From Negaprion brevirostris (taxonomy: Eukaryota), in assembly GCA_030324005.1 (NCBI GenBank), contig JARDVH010000179.1, forward strand, positions 5,856,776 through 5,920,728: a stretch of DNA of 63,953 nt, written 5' to 3'. The notes under the pieces are model-generated. The model was not told where the DNA came from. It worked only from the letters and a program-made list of their open reading frames with translations, and did not search any database. The position numbers and the translations under genes were made by a program. Positions 25,943 through 38,745 of the stretch are shown in pieces; the stretch's first letter is position 1; each line of letters opens with the position of its first letter.

Positions 25943-28900
25943 ATAGTCAGAGTTTCTGAAACTTTTCAAATTCCTTACTCCCCAGGTGTTGATTAGTCAT
26001 ATGTTCCAATTTCAGGAAGTTGGCACAATATCAGGAAAAAGAGAGAACTGCCTTCCTCATTGAATCAAACCCAGCAATTTCCCAAGATTCAAAAATGTAT
26101 TTCTTATTTGGCCCCATGTCTGTAGAGTTGGGAAGGACTGCAATATTAAAAATATTTACAGGGAATAAACAGCTGCATTTGCTCTGCTCACGCTACAGTA
26201 TGGCCAGTTTAAAGTAAGATAAATGGTGAAAAATCCAATTTAGTCAATCCTCACTATGTATACTGACATATTTAAATCTTGTATTATCAAAGCTATTCTG
26301 GCATGTGAAAAATGTTTACACTTCAGTGGTATTACAAATTCAGGTTAACTTTTCCATACTCAAGCCTACAGACTAGAAAACTTAGCCTGGAGCTATCAAG
26401 ACCACAAGACAGATGCTGAAATCCATTAACAAAACAAGTCTTTAATATATAGGTTGTTGAAATAGCTATTATGAAAATGTCTTAAGATATTCAATCAACG
26501 TAGGACAGTAAACAAAGCCAACATCAAACTATATCACAGAACAATTAGAATATTTTCTGAAGGATCAACAATCAAAAATGTTAACTTCTGTTCACTCCAC
26601 AAGCACTAGCTGATATGCTATGGTTCTAGCATTTTTTTGAGTACACACTTTCTGGCCACAAGACAAGGGAACAAAAATGATGTGCAACAGATCAAATCAG
26701 AGGCTGTAGAATTACCAGTCTCATATGTTCATATACCAGCCTACAGAAAGGCCTCAATAATGAAGGTTTGGACTTAAGTGCCAGTTAACACCAATGAAGC
26801 ATTAAATACTGAGAATAGCGAGAGCAAGTCCAGTTGAAACTTTTGTAAATTATAACCACTGCCAAGTCTCTCATCGTATGAACATGTCTGGATTACCACT
26901 CACCAGATGTTTAACTGCCCACATCTGCACAATGGCTATAACAGCAAGGCATTGGGCAGGATAAGTGGCTTGCTTCATGACCATAAGACCTCACCAGCAA
27001 CTACAAGGCTCATGTCAGAAGTGTGAACAAGTAATCACCATTCAGTAGGGCAACTGCAGCTCCATCATGCTGTACAAAGAAACTTGCTTGAATGCCTGCC
27101 ACCACGCTCAATATCTCCTCTCCGTTAGTAGTATGTAATGCACCTGTAAGTACAATCTGTGAAGCACTATCACAATTCACCAAAGTTACTTCATCAGCAC
27201 CCAGTTCCCTGCAAGCTAATGACAGAGTATGAACATGATCAAAGTCACACACTATCCAGACATGGACATAAAGTTATTCTTTCAAAGCAATTGGATCAAC
27301 ATTCCAGAATTTAATACCAAACACCATTGTGGAGGCACCTCAAGGGTTTCAGTGGTTCAAAGAGGAGAAAGCCACTTGCTTGAAACTACTAGCATTGAGC
27401 ATACAGTCTTGCCAGCCTTATTCACGCACTAAGAACAAAAAAGCTTCCTCCACAGCCAAGTCAGTAGATGCACTACTCAGTGCCAAAGCTATGCAGACCT
27501 GCAAGTTGTATCTGGACATGTGTTCCTAAGTCTGCATTTTCAAGACAAGATGTGTGAAAATGGGGATGCAAAGGTTTTATATTTTGTGGTCTCACTAAAA
27601 TTTGCCACATGACCCAATATAAAGCCAGTCAGCTGTTGTATACACTGCCCAGAAGACATCCATCTACCCTGCCCAACTCACATTTCAGACAACTCATGTC
27701 ACTTTATATTGCATTTAATCAACAAGTCGTCTTTGTTATTTTTCAGAAAACACAATTTGGCAATACATTTTTGCAGCACATTGCAATTAACAGTTAAAAC
27801 TTTAAATTCAGAGATTGTTACGCTTAAAACAGATTATGCATTTGTGAAGTTATTTGCCATAAGATAGTTTTACAGCAGATAATGCTGCAAACACATCACT
27901 TATTTAAATATAGTCATAACAATTTTACAAGTGTTGCAATATCAAATTATTTACCCAAGTATATTTACCAAAATTTCACTAAAAATGCAAAACTAGATTG
28001 TTAAAATCTGCGCAGTGCTGCACTGACATAAAAACAGCACTGAATTGCTTTTCATAAGTGGTATTACAAGAACATACAAAAGCTAGTCTAGCCTGTCCAA
28101 GGATAAGTTCGTAAATAATCTCAAGGTAGCTCACCAATTAGATCTTGTGGTTTTAAAGTGACATACCTACACCAGAGTTGCAGAATACTAGAATTTTCTG
28201 CAAAGTATAAATCAGCATTCCTCCAAAACAAATGAGGGCAGCTCCAAAATATCANNNNNNNNNNNNNNNNNNNNNNNNNNNNNNNNNNNNNNNNNNNNNN
28301 NNNNNNNNNNNNNNNNNNNNNNNNNNNNNNNNNNNNNNNNNNNNNNNNNNNNNNNNNNNNNNNNNNNNNNNNNNNNNNNNNNNNNNNNNNNNNNNNNNNN
28401 NNNNNNNNNNNNNNNNNNNNNNNNNNNNNNNNNNNNNNNNNNNNNNNNNNNNNNNNNNNNNNNNNNNNNNNNNNNTATTCCTGTGTTAAATCTCTGATTG
28501 AGTGAGTAAAGAGGCAGAGTCAGAGGCTCTGGATTCAAGTTCCACTCTAGAACTTGGGATGGCCACAGAAGCTGCATTTATATTGTGGCCAAACAGGTTA
28601 TCAGCCTACAATTCCTTCCAATATACCTGATGCTGGGCAGTAAGGGCGAGAAAGTCTCCTGGTCAGTCAGAATCTACAGAAGGTAACATTAAAACACTGC
28701 AGTATCTTGCCAAACATAAACACAGACCAGTGTGTGTTGTTGCTGATGCTCTTGGGGCACAGTAGCTGAGGAGAGAATCTCTGCTTTAGGTCACCAGAAC
28801 CACGATCATGTAAGCTCAAATCTTTTAACTAGCTGCCATGCTGTACTCAGCAACAATATTATAACAGCTTTAAATAATACATCAGTGCAACATATCTAGT

Positions 28901-30319
28901 GCAGCAAAAATACTGGAACACCGTGCTGATGAAAAAGAAAAATTTAAAAAGGGGTTAAAAAAGGTGACTAAATATGCTTACAACCAGTTTGGAAAAGTTA
29001 TGCAAAGGCATAGTGGACAAGCTGAGCCTTGTGAAAACTGTGTGGCTGCAAGACACTGGAATAAAATTGAAGTGAACTCCAACAAGCACATACATGAAGA
29101 ATGATCCAGAAGTAAATACCAGGAGGTTTGAAAAATACAGAAAATAAGGTATTTGTAGAAGTGGTTTAAACATCCCAAGTCATTTCGCAGAAGCATAATC
29201 AAACAAATAATGAGACAGCCAAAGGAGGGTACATCTGGTGGCCAGAGTTTTGGAATAGTGGCTGCTTTTAAGCAGGTTTTTGTTAAAAAAAGGAGAGAAA
29301 AGGTGGGTCACATGATGCAAGTGTCAGAATAGTCCTGATTCTGCATGCTCTGGCACTGCTCATTTTAAAATCGTTTACCCTGATGCACAGCTCATAATCA
29401 CATTATCTTAGAGTGTACACTCAGTGCTGTGTCCTTGGAACATTTTTGGGGGAGTATTAACGAAAGAATACAGAGTGTTGTCAAGAAAGTTTGTGATAAA
29501 GGAGCAGTCAGAGATACCCAGGCAGAGCTGAGCCCTCAACATGGTGACCTGGCGTTCTCAAAAGCATTCAGGAGGTGACTGCAAACAAAGCTATAGATGA
29601 CAAACTCTGTTTTGATACAGAACATTGAACCTCAGTCGGATGAACTGAAGAACACTGGTCAGGGGCTCAGTGAGGCAGAAGATAGAATGAGGTGGAAGAT
29701 TAAATTCTCAATGTTGAAAATGCTGCTTCTTTCATTGGAGGTTCGACTGCAATCCTTAGAGAATCAGCTGCCTCATATGTCAGATATCCAGATTTAGGAA
29801 AAACAAAGGGTCCTGAGAAGAATATCCTTCTGATTGGTTTTCCAGAGAACTGAAGGCAGGTTCCCAAATAAATTTTTTGAAGGCTGGCTGCAATGTTTTT
29901 TAAACCGCGACACAAAGGCAGGCTGGATCAAGCGTGAAGAGGTAAAAGTTATTCCATCCGCGAAGCTCAAGTACAACCAATGTTTACCACCACTCATTGT
30001 ATGTTTCTAATGCTTCAGGGTCCGCCAGAGTTTGTGGTTGTTAGGCATGGTGGGACTTGGCTCAATGACAGGGTGAAGGTCTTGTTCTTCCAGGATTTCT
30101 CAGCAGCAGTACAGCAAAAACACAAAGGTTTCAACGCAGTCAGGAAGCATTTGAAGAATTTTGGAAGATTTTAGTATGCCCTGCACTATCCTGAGGGTGA
30201 CCTTTGAAGGGTCTGTTAGGGCATTTGACGAGCCTGCAGAGACTTCAGCTTTTTTGAAACAGTGAAAAGCAATGATTGAGTCCTTATTAACCCTGTACAG
30301 TGCCACCTGTATTTTCTTG

Positions 30320-30855
30320 TGTTGATCCTATACTATGCCTTTTCACATTGATGGGGACAATTCTGTGACGGAGCCACGAGGTGAATTTTGCCAAATATCC
30401 TGTTTAGAGTCATATTCTGCAGCTGTTCGTTAATCCTTGAACATTTCTTCTAATTGCATTTTTTAAAATTGATCCTGCTACATGATTTATCACATTTCTT
30501 GGGGCAATCCTACGAGTGAGCATGCTAGCAAATCTTCACTTCTAATGTCCTGATAAGTCCAAAGACATTCATTTATCCTCTACCTGTTATTTCATCTCTT
30601 CATTGGTCTGTTATATGATTTACCACATTGATAGGGGAAGTCCTGCGAGTGAGCATGCTAGCAAACAGGTGCTTATTATCCTGATACGGAGGAAAATTTC
30701 GCCTGTTTAGAGTCATATTAATCACTGAACGTATCCCCTCTAGTTCCATCTCTTAATTGAGCCTGTTACGTGATTTATCAGGTTGGTAAGGGGCAATCGT
30801 GTGTGAATTTTCGCTTGTTTTCCTGATACACCCAGAAACGTTCATTTATCTTAAT
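30320..30855 (+). repeat. Four imperfect ~135-155 bp tandem units between L1 ORF1 and ORF2
   Basis: Recurring ttgatcctg.tac.tgatttatcacatt...ggggcaatcct at ~30323, 30469, 30603 and 30757; cgagtgagcatgctagcaaa occurs twice; cctgtttagagtcatatt occurs twice. Confidence 0.75.
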
Positions 30856-31239
30856 GGAATGCATGCTGCGATATACTTCTTGTTCCTAAGAAATGTGTTG
30901 TGTAGGTTGTGCAGTTTTAGAGCTGTGCAATTATCTATTTTCTCATCTTGTAATCCTGGTACATATAGAGGGGGAGGGGGAGGGGCTTCCGTTGGTGTGC
31001 ACCCAAGTATGGCAGTTAAACACCTGCATTAATATATCTTTTGTGGCTCAGTTGTCATGGGGCTGGTGTATGTCGATAATGCACGTCTATGGTCCCCCGA
31101 CTCTATCTTTATGATCCTCCATTTTACGGCCCCCAATTATTCCTTTACTGGTAATTTTAATTACCACCTTAATACACTAATTGACAAACTCCGTTACAAG
31201 GAACCCTCCAACACATTAAGCTGAAGCATTGGGTTTTGC

Positions 31240-31578
31240 TTATTTGATTTGATTTATCATTGTCACATGTATTAACAGTAAACAGTATTGTTTCTTGCGC
31301 GTTATACAAAGCATACTGTTCATAGAGAAGGAAAGGGGAGAGTGCAGAATGCAGTGTTATTGTCGTAGCTAGGACATAGAGAAAGACCGACTTAATGCAA
31401 GGTAAGTCCATTCAAAAGTCTGACAGCGGCAGGGAAGAAGCTGTTCTCGAGTCAGTTGGTATGTGACTTAAGACTTCTGTAGCTTTTTCCCCGCGGGGTG
31501 CATGGGATCCTTGGTGGCTGGCTGCTTTTCTGAGGCAGTGGGAAGTGTAGACGGATTCAATGGATGGGAGGCTGGTTT
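31240..31578 (-). mobile_element. Rex1/Babar-type LINE 3' end inserted into the L1 remnant
   Basis: (tttga)n tail; reverse complement matches 61214-61545 (cccatccattgaatccgtctacacttcccactgcctcagaaaagcagccagc). Confidence 0.75.
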
Positions 31579-34317
31579 TCTGGATGTGGAGAACTTTGCA
31601 TCCCAGAGATTAAAAATTCACTTTCAGCCCCTCGTTTACAGCCAAAGATGATCCTTGAAGTATGAGATGAATTCATGATCAGATGACTCCTGAATTTAGG
31701 TAATATTGTGATCTCTGACTACGCTTGTCTCTTTTTAGAATTTCTTCTCAAAGAGATCCTACCTTCAAGTCCAGGTCCTGGGACACAATGTATCTTTACT
31801 TAAAGATCACAAATTCATCTCATGTTTCAAAACCAAATTTGATGCTTTTTATTCATTTGCTTTTGGTGATGTGAACTCCTCTATTTTGTGGGAGGCTTGC
31901 AAGACCTTGGCTAGAGGTTTGGTCATCTATTTTCAGCCAGAAAGAGGCGTTGGTTAATAAGGGCCGAAGCAGCAGTTTGAATTCCACTTAGCTGAACTGG
32001 AGAGGGTGTACAGTAGGAATTCTTGTCATGTGAAGCTAAAGAAAATTAGTGTAGTTAGGGCATTTTTTAATCGACCCAGCGTGCAAAGGGGAGTTTGAGA
32101 TTTGCCATGCAGAAGCTGCACGAATTTTAGAATAAGCATTAGGTTTTTGGCTTTTCTTACTAGGAAGAAATAAAACTCAAGTGATGGGCTTTGAGGTCGT
32201 TTAGGTCTGAAAGCTTATAAGAGCTTTTATGCCAGTTTGTATTGGCGTGACCTTCCAGTTAGATTGCTTGCATTTAATACTGGGTCTCCCAGACAAAAGC
32301 ATTAGCGGGAATGAGAAGAGGCTGTACAAAATCCTACCGTTTGCAGCATGGAGAAAAATCCTTTGCTCATAGATTAGTAATAAGCCCCCTTCAATTCAGA
32401 ATTGATATAAAATTTATTCTGGAATGTATACCAATGGAATTCTTGACTTCTTTATTTTGAACTAAATTGGATACATTCAGTAAAAGTAAGGATCTCTATC
32501 TTAAAAACTCTCGGCTCTATATTGCCTAGTTTATACCTACATGGTTTTCCATAAGCTTTGCAGTTCTGTTACTGTTGTGCGCTGCAGAGCCAGTAATGTG
32601 TGTATCCTGATCCTTGGATATATATTCTTTTATTACTTGTATAGTGGGAAGCACAGGATACAAAATAGTCTGAATCAACTGGGTTGGTAACTCTTTTGTC
32701 TTTTCCCTCTTCCCACATGGACTTGTTTGAAAATGTTCTTGCAGTACTGTACCAGAGTTTGTTGCGTGATTTGTATAAAGTGAAAAATACATTTTTGAGG
32801 ATTTTAAATAAAAAAGGGAGAAGTGAGTATCCGAGTGTAACCAATGCACTTCACTAAATTCATTTCATTATGACAAATGATGCAGCACACTAATGCACAA
32901 ATATTTTAATTATATATTTGACAGAAGTTTTATAATAGTGGTTTTCTTGAAGAAAACGTCTTCCTTTCCAAACTCATGTTAAATAAATCTTTAGAGCAGA
33001 ACCATTTACCATTAATTACCATTACAACAAATTAAGAATTAACATCACAAGCCATTTGCATTTATTTGCTCTGACGATGCTAGAGAGACATGAATAATCA
33101 ATTGCTCAAGTTGAGTGTTCCCAATACTTACACGTCCATGCTGTGTCTGTCAACACCTCTAATATGTTAAACTAGAAAGCTCATATATACACCTAGACTG
33201 CACACAACATTCACTCCAAGGTCTCAACACCACTATTTGCATTTGAAAAGATGTTTCTTCTCAGCAGCAGGAAAGCTTATTCTAAAATAACATCCTCGCA
33301 CATTTCTATTCCACACCCATCCCCACCACAACCTTTCTGGCAACCATTCTAAACTCCCCCCCTACATGGCTTGCACAAGCATAAAATAATTCATCCGAGA
33401 AAGACACATACACGCTTGCTTTGCTCAGGCTCATGAGCTTGCCATGTGGTGAATCACAAGCCAAACTTTTAACTCCATCAAGGTGATGCTGCAGATCCAC
33501 CAGATCATAATCCATCTCAACAACCAGTAGTTGAGGGACTTTAGTAATGCATCTTTTTAATAGAATTTTAAATTTCTATGGGGTCCTAAATTGGGCTATT
33601 ATACTGGAACTAAGATTCTTGCCTTTGTATATCTTCAAGCTATTACTTTTGAATTGCAGCCGCTGTTATGTAGGAAAATACGGCAATCTATTTGTTACGT
33701 CCCACGAATTGTGAAGTGTGACCAGTTAACATTTGATTACAGGAACCGCAGAAACTCTGGTCTTCGACTAGTACAATGCAATCTTTTATATTTAACCATC
33801 TCAACTGAAGACAGCGTNNNNNNNNNNNNNNNNNNNNNNNNNNNNNNNNNNNNNNNNNNNNNNNNNNNNNNNNNNNNNNNNNNNNNNNNNNNNNNNNNNN
33901 NNNNNNNNNNNNNNNNNNNNNNNNNNNNNNNNNNNNNNNNNNNNNNNNNNNNNNNNNNNNNNNNNNNNNNNNNNNNNNNNNNNNNNNNNNNNNNNNNNNN
34001 NNNNNNNNNNNNNNNNNNNNNNNNNNNNNNNNNNNNNNNNNNNNNNNNNNNNNNNNNNNNNNNNNNNNNNNNNNNNNNNNNNNNNNNNNNNNNNNNNNNN
34101 NNNNNNNNNNNNNNNNNNNNNNNNNNNNNNNNNNNNNNNNNNNNNNNNNNNNNNNNNNNNNNNNNNNNNNNNNNNNNNNNNNNNNNNNNNNNNNNNNNNN
34201 NNNNNNNNNNNNNNNNNNNNNNNNNNNNNNNNNNNNNNNNNNNNNNNNNNNNNNNNNNNNNNNNNNNNNNNNNNNNNNNNNNNNNNNNNNNNNNNNNNNN
34301 NNNNNNNNNNNNNNNNN

Positions 34318-35185
34318 AGTTGGAGAGAGCTGTAGTTGTAGTCATGCTAAATTTCCTTTGTCTCCTGAGAAAGTAGAGGCATTGGTGGGCTTTCTTAACA
34401 ATCGATTCTGTTTGGAGGGACCAGGACAGGTCGTTGTTGATCTGGACAACAAAAATCAAGCTCTCGACCATTTCTACTTTGTCCCCATTGATGTAGACAG
34501 GGGCATCCCTCCACTGTGCTTCATGAAGTCATTGACTATCTCCTTCGTTTTGTTAGGCATCGAGGGGAAGATTGTTGTCGTCACACCAGATTCTCTTTTT
34601 CCTGGGTCTTGTCTTTGTTTGAGATCCAACCCAAAATGGTGGCATCATCGGTAACTTGAAAATCGAGTCGGGGGGAATTTGGCCATAAAGTCAACAGCGT
34701 ATAAGGAGTATAGTAAGGGGCTAAGGACACAGCCTAGCAGGGCACTGGTGTTGAGGATGATCATGGAGGTGGTGTTGTTGCCTACTCTTACTGGTTGCAA
34801 TCTGGGAGTTAGGAACTCTAGGATGCAGTTGCAGAGGGAGGAGACAAGCCCCAGGCCACAAAGTTTGATGAGTCTCGTAGGAATAATGGTGTTAAAGACT
34901 GAGCTGTAGTCTATGAATAGGAGTCTGACGTAGGTACCTTTGTTATCTGGGTGTTCCCAAGTTGAGTACAGGGCCAGGGAGATGGCATCTGCTGTAGACC
35001 TGTTGTGGCAATAGGCAAACTGTAGTGAATCCAGGAAGTCTGAGAGGCAATAGCTGATTTGTGCCTTTCAAAGCACTTCATAATGCTGCATGTCAGAACC
35101 ACTGGACATTAAGGTACCATGATAATGGTCATCATCTTGAAGCAGGTAGGGATCTCAGATTGGTGTAAAAGAGAGGTTGAAGATG
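34318..35185 (-). mobile_element. Rex1/Babar-type LINE reverse transcriptase remnant
   Basis: Minus-strand motifs [41 protein letters not shown] and IVKKAHQCLYFLRR; truncated by an N gap. Confidence 0.8.
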
Positions 35186-36010
35186 TATTCTTGGCTTTTG
35201 CTCTGTCAAGACAAACTGACACTTACAATAGGTTTAATTTTAATTGGAGCCATGGGGCTATTACAGTTAGCTTCAAATCACTGATCAAGGACTTCCAATA
35301 TTTGCTGACCAGTTACTGCTGCAGAATGTGGATTTCACATGGAAGGAAAAAGGTACCCCGTCCCCCACCCCACACACACACACACACAAACTAATGTCTC
35401 TATTTGGTCAAATTGTAGATACCAAAGCGCACTCAAAATAGCTGGCTGGTGAGGTACTAGAATGTAGTCACAATTCCAACAAATCACTGGCCAGAAACTG
35501 ACCACCACAAGAAAATTCATCAGGGTTTCTTTCTTTAAAAAAAACACCTCTCTAAATTGCATTCATCCTCTCTAGGCGAAGTCAGTGACAGGGGAAACTT
35601 CAGCTGATGTCAATCTTGACCCTGTTGCACATTCATCGTGTCATGAAGCATCAAGCCTCTACTTGTCATCTTCTAACAACAACAATAAATTGTAGTGCAA
35701 TTTCATGTTCTTCATCAGCCATTGGGAAAAGGCACTGGACACTAGATACTTCCCTTGCAAGACTGAGTGCAAGAGACTATGCGTGAGGAAACAAGAATCA
35801 ATGGCAGGACAGATCAAAGTGGCTTATTTTCATTTTGCAGAGGGAAACGCCTGTGAGCAGGGAACATGCATGGGTGATGGAGAGAAGTGGGAAAGGGTGC
35901 AATAAATACTTATTTAAGTTTAAATTTGATAATTTCAGATTTTTCTGTAAACTTTCGCTGATAAAAAATAAAGCAAATGGGTAAATTCAAAAGGAAAGCA
36001 GGCAACTTAC

Positions 36011-36295
36011 AGGCAGGTTTAGCTTCACAGCATCCACAGGCTGTTGGAAAGGCCAAGCAAACTGATGTTTCCATATTGTCTTCAGGAGCACTTTTGACAG
36101 GAACTGCAACTGATTCGTCAGCCGTTTGGATCGGTTAGGATTGGATGTTTCAGGAGGGGGTGGATTGCCGATTGCATTACTTGGTTGTTGGGGCTGGGCT
36201 TGTGACTGTGTTGAAGACATTTGTGTGCTTTCTAGGCCATCCCCCATCGCTGGTAATTTTCTTAGTCTCTTCCCTGGACCACTTTCACTCGACAT
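36011..36295 (-). CDS. BRD4: BRD4 first coding exon (human exon 2 equivalent): N-terminus and start of bromodomain 1
   Basis: Translates [27 protein letters not shown]...[10 protein letters not shown]...[21 protein letters not shown], the BRD4-type N-terminus plus the BD1 WPF shelf. 285 nt, phase 0; donor CCT|gtaagt at 36010. Confidence 0.97.
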
Positions 36296-36309
36296 ACCAT
36301 TGATCCCAT
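36262..36309 (-). promoter_or_regulatory. Out-of-frame upstream ORF overlapping the BRD4 start codon ([15 protein letters not shown])
   Basis: ATG at 36309 (context ACAATGG) and a second same-frame ATG at 36300; stop TAA at 36264-36262, inside the main CDS. Translation is inferred, not shown. Confidence 0.6.
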
Positions 36310-36329
36310 TGTAGACCTCACCTGGTAAC
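36296..36329 (-). other. BRD4: 5' UTR portion of the first coding exon of BRD4
   Basis: Acceptor tccactctcttctcattgcag| ends at 36330, leaving 34 nt before the ATG at 36295. This implies an upstream non-coding exon that I could not find in the window. Confidence 0.85.
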
Positions 36330-37074
36330 CTGCAATGAGAAGAGAGTGGAATTAAAGATTTGACATTCCATGTCTATTAGATAGCCAAGGCAAACTTTTA
36401 ATGAATCTCCACGCATTTGGCCTAGATAGAGGTATTAATGAATTAGCCATCGAATACCAGGAACCTAGATGCATCGCCAGGCACTGTAGTTTCAGGAATT
36501 AAAAAAAGTCAATTGCTCAAAGTATGGCTTAAGTGCCAGCTCTCATGTTTACACCCAAAAAGATGCCAGTCTTTCTTAATTTTGGCATTCTGCACACACT
36601 GCTTGTAACTGAACACGACCCCTGCCTCTCCAGGATTGCCCAGGTATTCCATCTACAGTCAATTTATGTCATCACTGGAAGTGCCACACAGAACCTATCT
36701 GCCCTAATGAAACTGTTGCTTCATGGAACCAACAGCTTTTGGTAAAAAGGGAGTGGAGGCAATTTGCTTCTCTTGCCCCAAAGGAAAGTGGACACATTTT
36801 TCATTCATTCTCCACTGAACAATTAAAACAGCATCTATCTATATACGCAAGCATACGCACCCAGCCACCCACAGTAAACGAGCATTTAACTACATTAACA
36901 TGTACAAGAACAATTTAACAGAATTACATATCACTCAGTCAATATTTAATGACAAAATGGACCCACTAGTACAGAAGTCATGCTATCATATTGTTTGTTA
37001 ATCATATGACAAGGCTGATAGTACAATGGTGTAATATAGTATTATGCATATTGTGTACGTCCTTGAAACAAAGA

Positions 37075-37480
37075 CAAGTATTTATTTTGCACCTTCCACA
37101 ATCATAGGATGTTCTAAAGCCAATGAAGTAATACTGAAGGCTATTTATTATTTTAACGTAGAAAATACAGCAGCCTAAGCTGCACACAGCAAATTCCCAC
37201 GAACAGAAGCACGATAACGATCAAATAATGCATTTTTGCAGATGTTGAATGAAGGACAAGTATTGGCCCAATGTGCAAGGGATAACTCCCTTAGTCTTCA
37301 GAGTATTGCAGATTTTTTTTAAACATTCACACCAAAGGGACAGAGTGCTTCAATTTAATGTCTCATCTGAAAAATTGCACCATCAGTGCAGCAAATCATG
37401 CTTTTTTTGCTTCTGGGGTGGAACTTGAACCCACAATCGTCTAACTGGGAGGCAAATGCACTACCAACTGAGCCACAGCT
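37075..37480 (-). mobile_element. DeuSINE-like ancient SINE
   Basis: Reverse-complement similarity to 15203-15620 (ggggtggaacttgaacccacaa, tttaatgtctcatctgaaa, gcacacagcaaattcccac). Confidence 0.6.
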
Positions 37481-37740
37481 AATAATTAGGACAGCAATAG
37501 GATGTTTTTATACAATGGAATTCCATCCAGTTCTCCCTTGCTTGATATTAGAGTTAGCAAGCCCTTTCAAGAAATAACAACAGAATCACATATGTCTGAG
37601 AAGTATTGTCCATGGATAAGGAAACTTATTTTGCTATATTAGTGGGGAGAAGAGGGGAAAGGATCTGATGTCCATGCTCTCTCTTTAGGACAGGAATAGC
37701 ATGAAGACACTCATCCAAAGCAGGAACCGTGCAACTATAA

Positions 37741-38745
37741 CTGCCTATGAACAGCACTGTGAAAGATATAAGCTCTTAACCCATTTTAACAGTACTAATA
37801 CAAATTCCCGGAACAGAGCTCAGGAGAATTTGAAGGCAATAAAACAGTGATCCAATTAGAAGTAGCAGAGTAAAAAAGGATGGTTACTAAGCAATGGGAA
37901 TGAAATTGCATTCTCACGGGACTATACCTTAATAGCATCAATATAGTGGGGGGACTATACTGTAATATTATCAGTATGGTGTTGGGGGGCGAGATGGAGT
38001 TAGACAAAAATACTGTGAAGCAGGTGGAATTGCGCAATTCCTGTTCCTCCCTTCCTGCAGTGTGAAGCAAGCTGTTGTTCAGATCGTAATGGATTTCAAC
38101 TCATGACTGCAGAATTGCAATTACACACTAATGAATATGCATGGTGCAATTCTCCCATGACTATTAACTTTTAAAAAGAAATTCAAACTCCCAGTTATTA
38201 ATTGAAAGTAACTGCACCACAAAACTTCATGTTTTAAACCAAAAAAAACTGCACAAGAATTAAACAAGTACACAACATGCTTTGTAAACCCTTATAACTT
38301 GAAACCCAAAATCTCACCAGGCCGCTTCCTGCTCTGTTTCCAATTCCACCCAAGTGTTCCTCTAGTCATTACATGATTTTTAAGGATCCTCAGGATCTTC
38401 TCCTAGATCAAAGCCAAGTGCGCCACAGGAATTTAGTTTGACTCTTCTCAGTTTCCAAGTCTGCCACTTAAGACTCCCAGAACTCACTTCGTCTGCGATG
38501 ATTCTAGCGTCAATCGATCGCTTCTGCCAGCTTTACTAGGAAGATCTGATGATATTAATTCCTTGTGCATTTAGACTTTACATTCCAAGCATGGGCCCCT
38601 CTGCCTATGAAGAGAACAGTGAAAGATACAAGCTCTAACCCATTTTACCAGCCCTGAAACAAACATTCCCCTGGAAAAGAGCTCAGGAAAATTTGAAGGA
38701 AATAGGATGGAGATCCAATTAAAAGTTGCAGAATAAAAAATGGTT
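37741..38745. repeat. Pair of ~145-bp dispersed direct repeats (37741-37885 and 38601-38745)
   Basis: ctgcctatgaa.ag.ac.gtgaaagata.aagctct.aacccatttta...agagctcagga.aatttgaagg.aata...gatccaatta.aagt.gcaga.taaaaaa in both copies, 860 bp apart. Confidence 0.85.

Larger units (their letters stand above)
29300..32340 (+). mobile_element. Decayed L1-clade LINE (ORF1, inter-ORF tandem repeats, ORF2 endonuclease remnant)
   Basis: ORF1-like pieces LSEAEDR, KNILLIGFPE and VKVLFFQDFSAAVQQKHKGFNAVRKHL. Endonuclease-like pieces SIMHVYGPP, HPRD..FTF, ISD and WEACKTLARG. Many stops and frameshifts. Confidence 0.75.

Noticed and set aside
26555-26640. Possible further hammerhead (ctgaagga...aaaaatgttaac) in a Penelope-like end
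   Set aside because: The core and stem II are too degraded to call.
30320-30855. Repeat-spacer-like pattern as a CRISPR array
   Set aside because: Eukaryotic LINE context, long degenerate units, related 'spacers' and no cas genes.
33591-34471. Long 261-aa and 244-aa ORFs, and other X-filled ORFs
   Set aside because: They are open only because they run through N gaps.
35580-35655. Possible C/D-box snoRNA on the minus strand
   Set aside because: The C box is imperfect, there is no terminal stem, and I recognise no guide complementarity.
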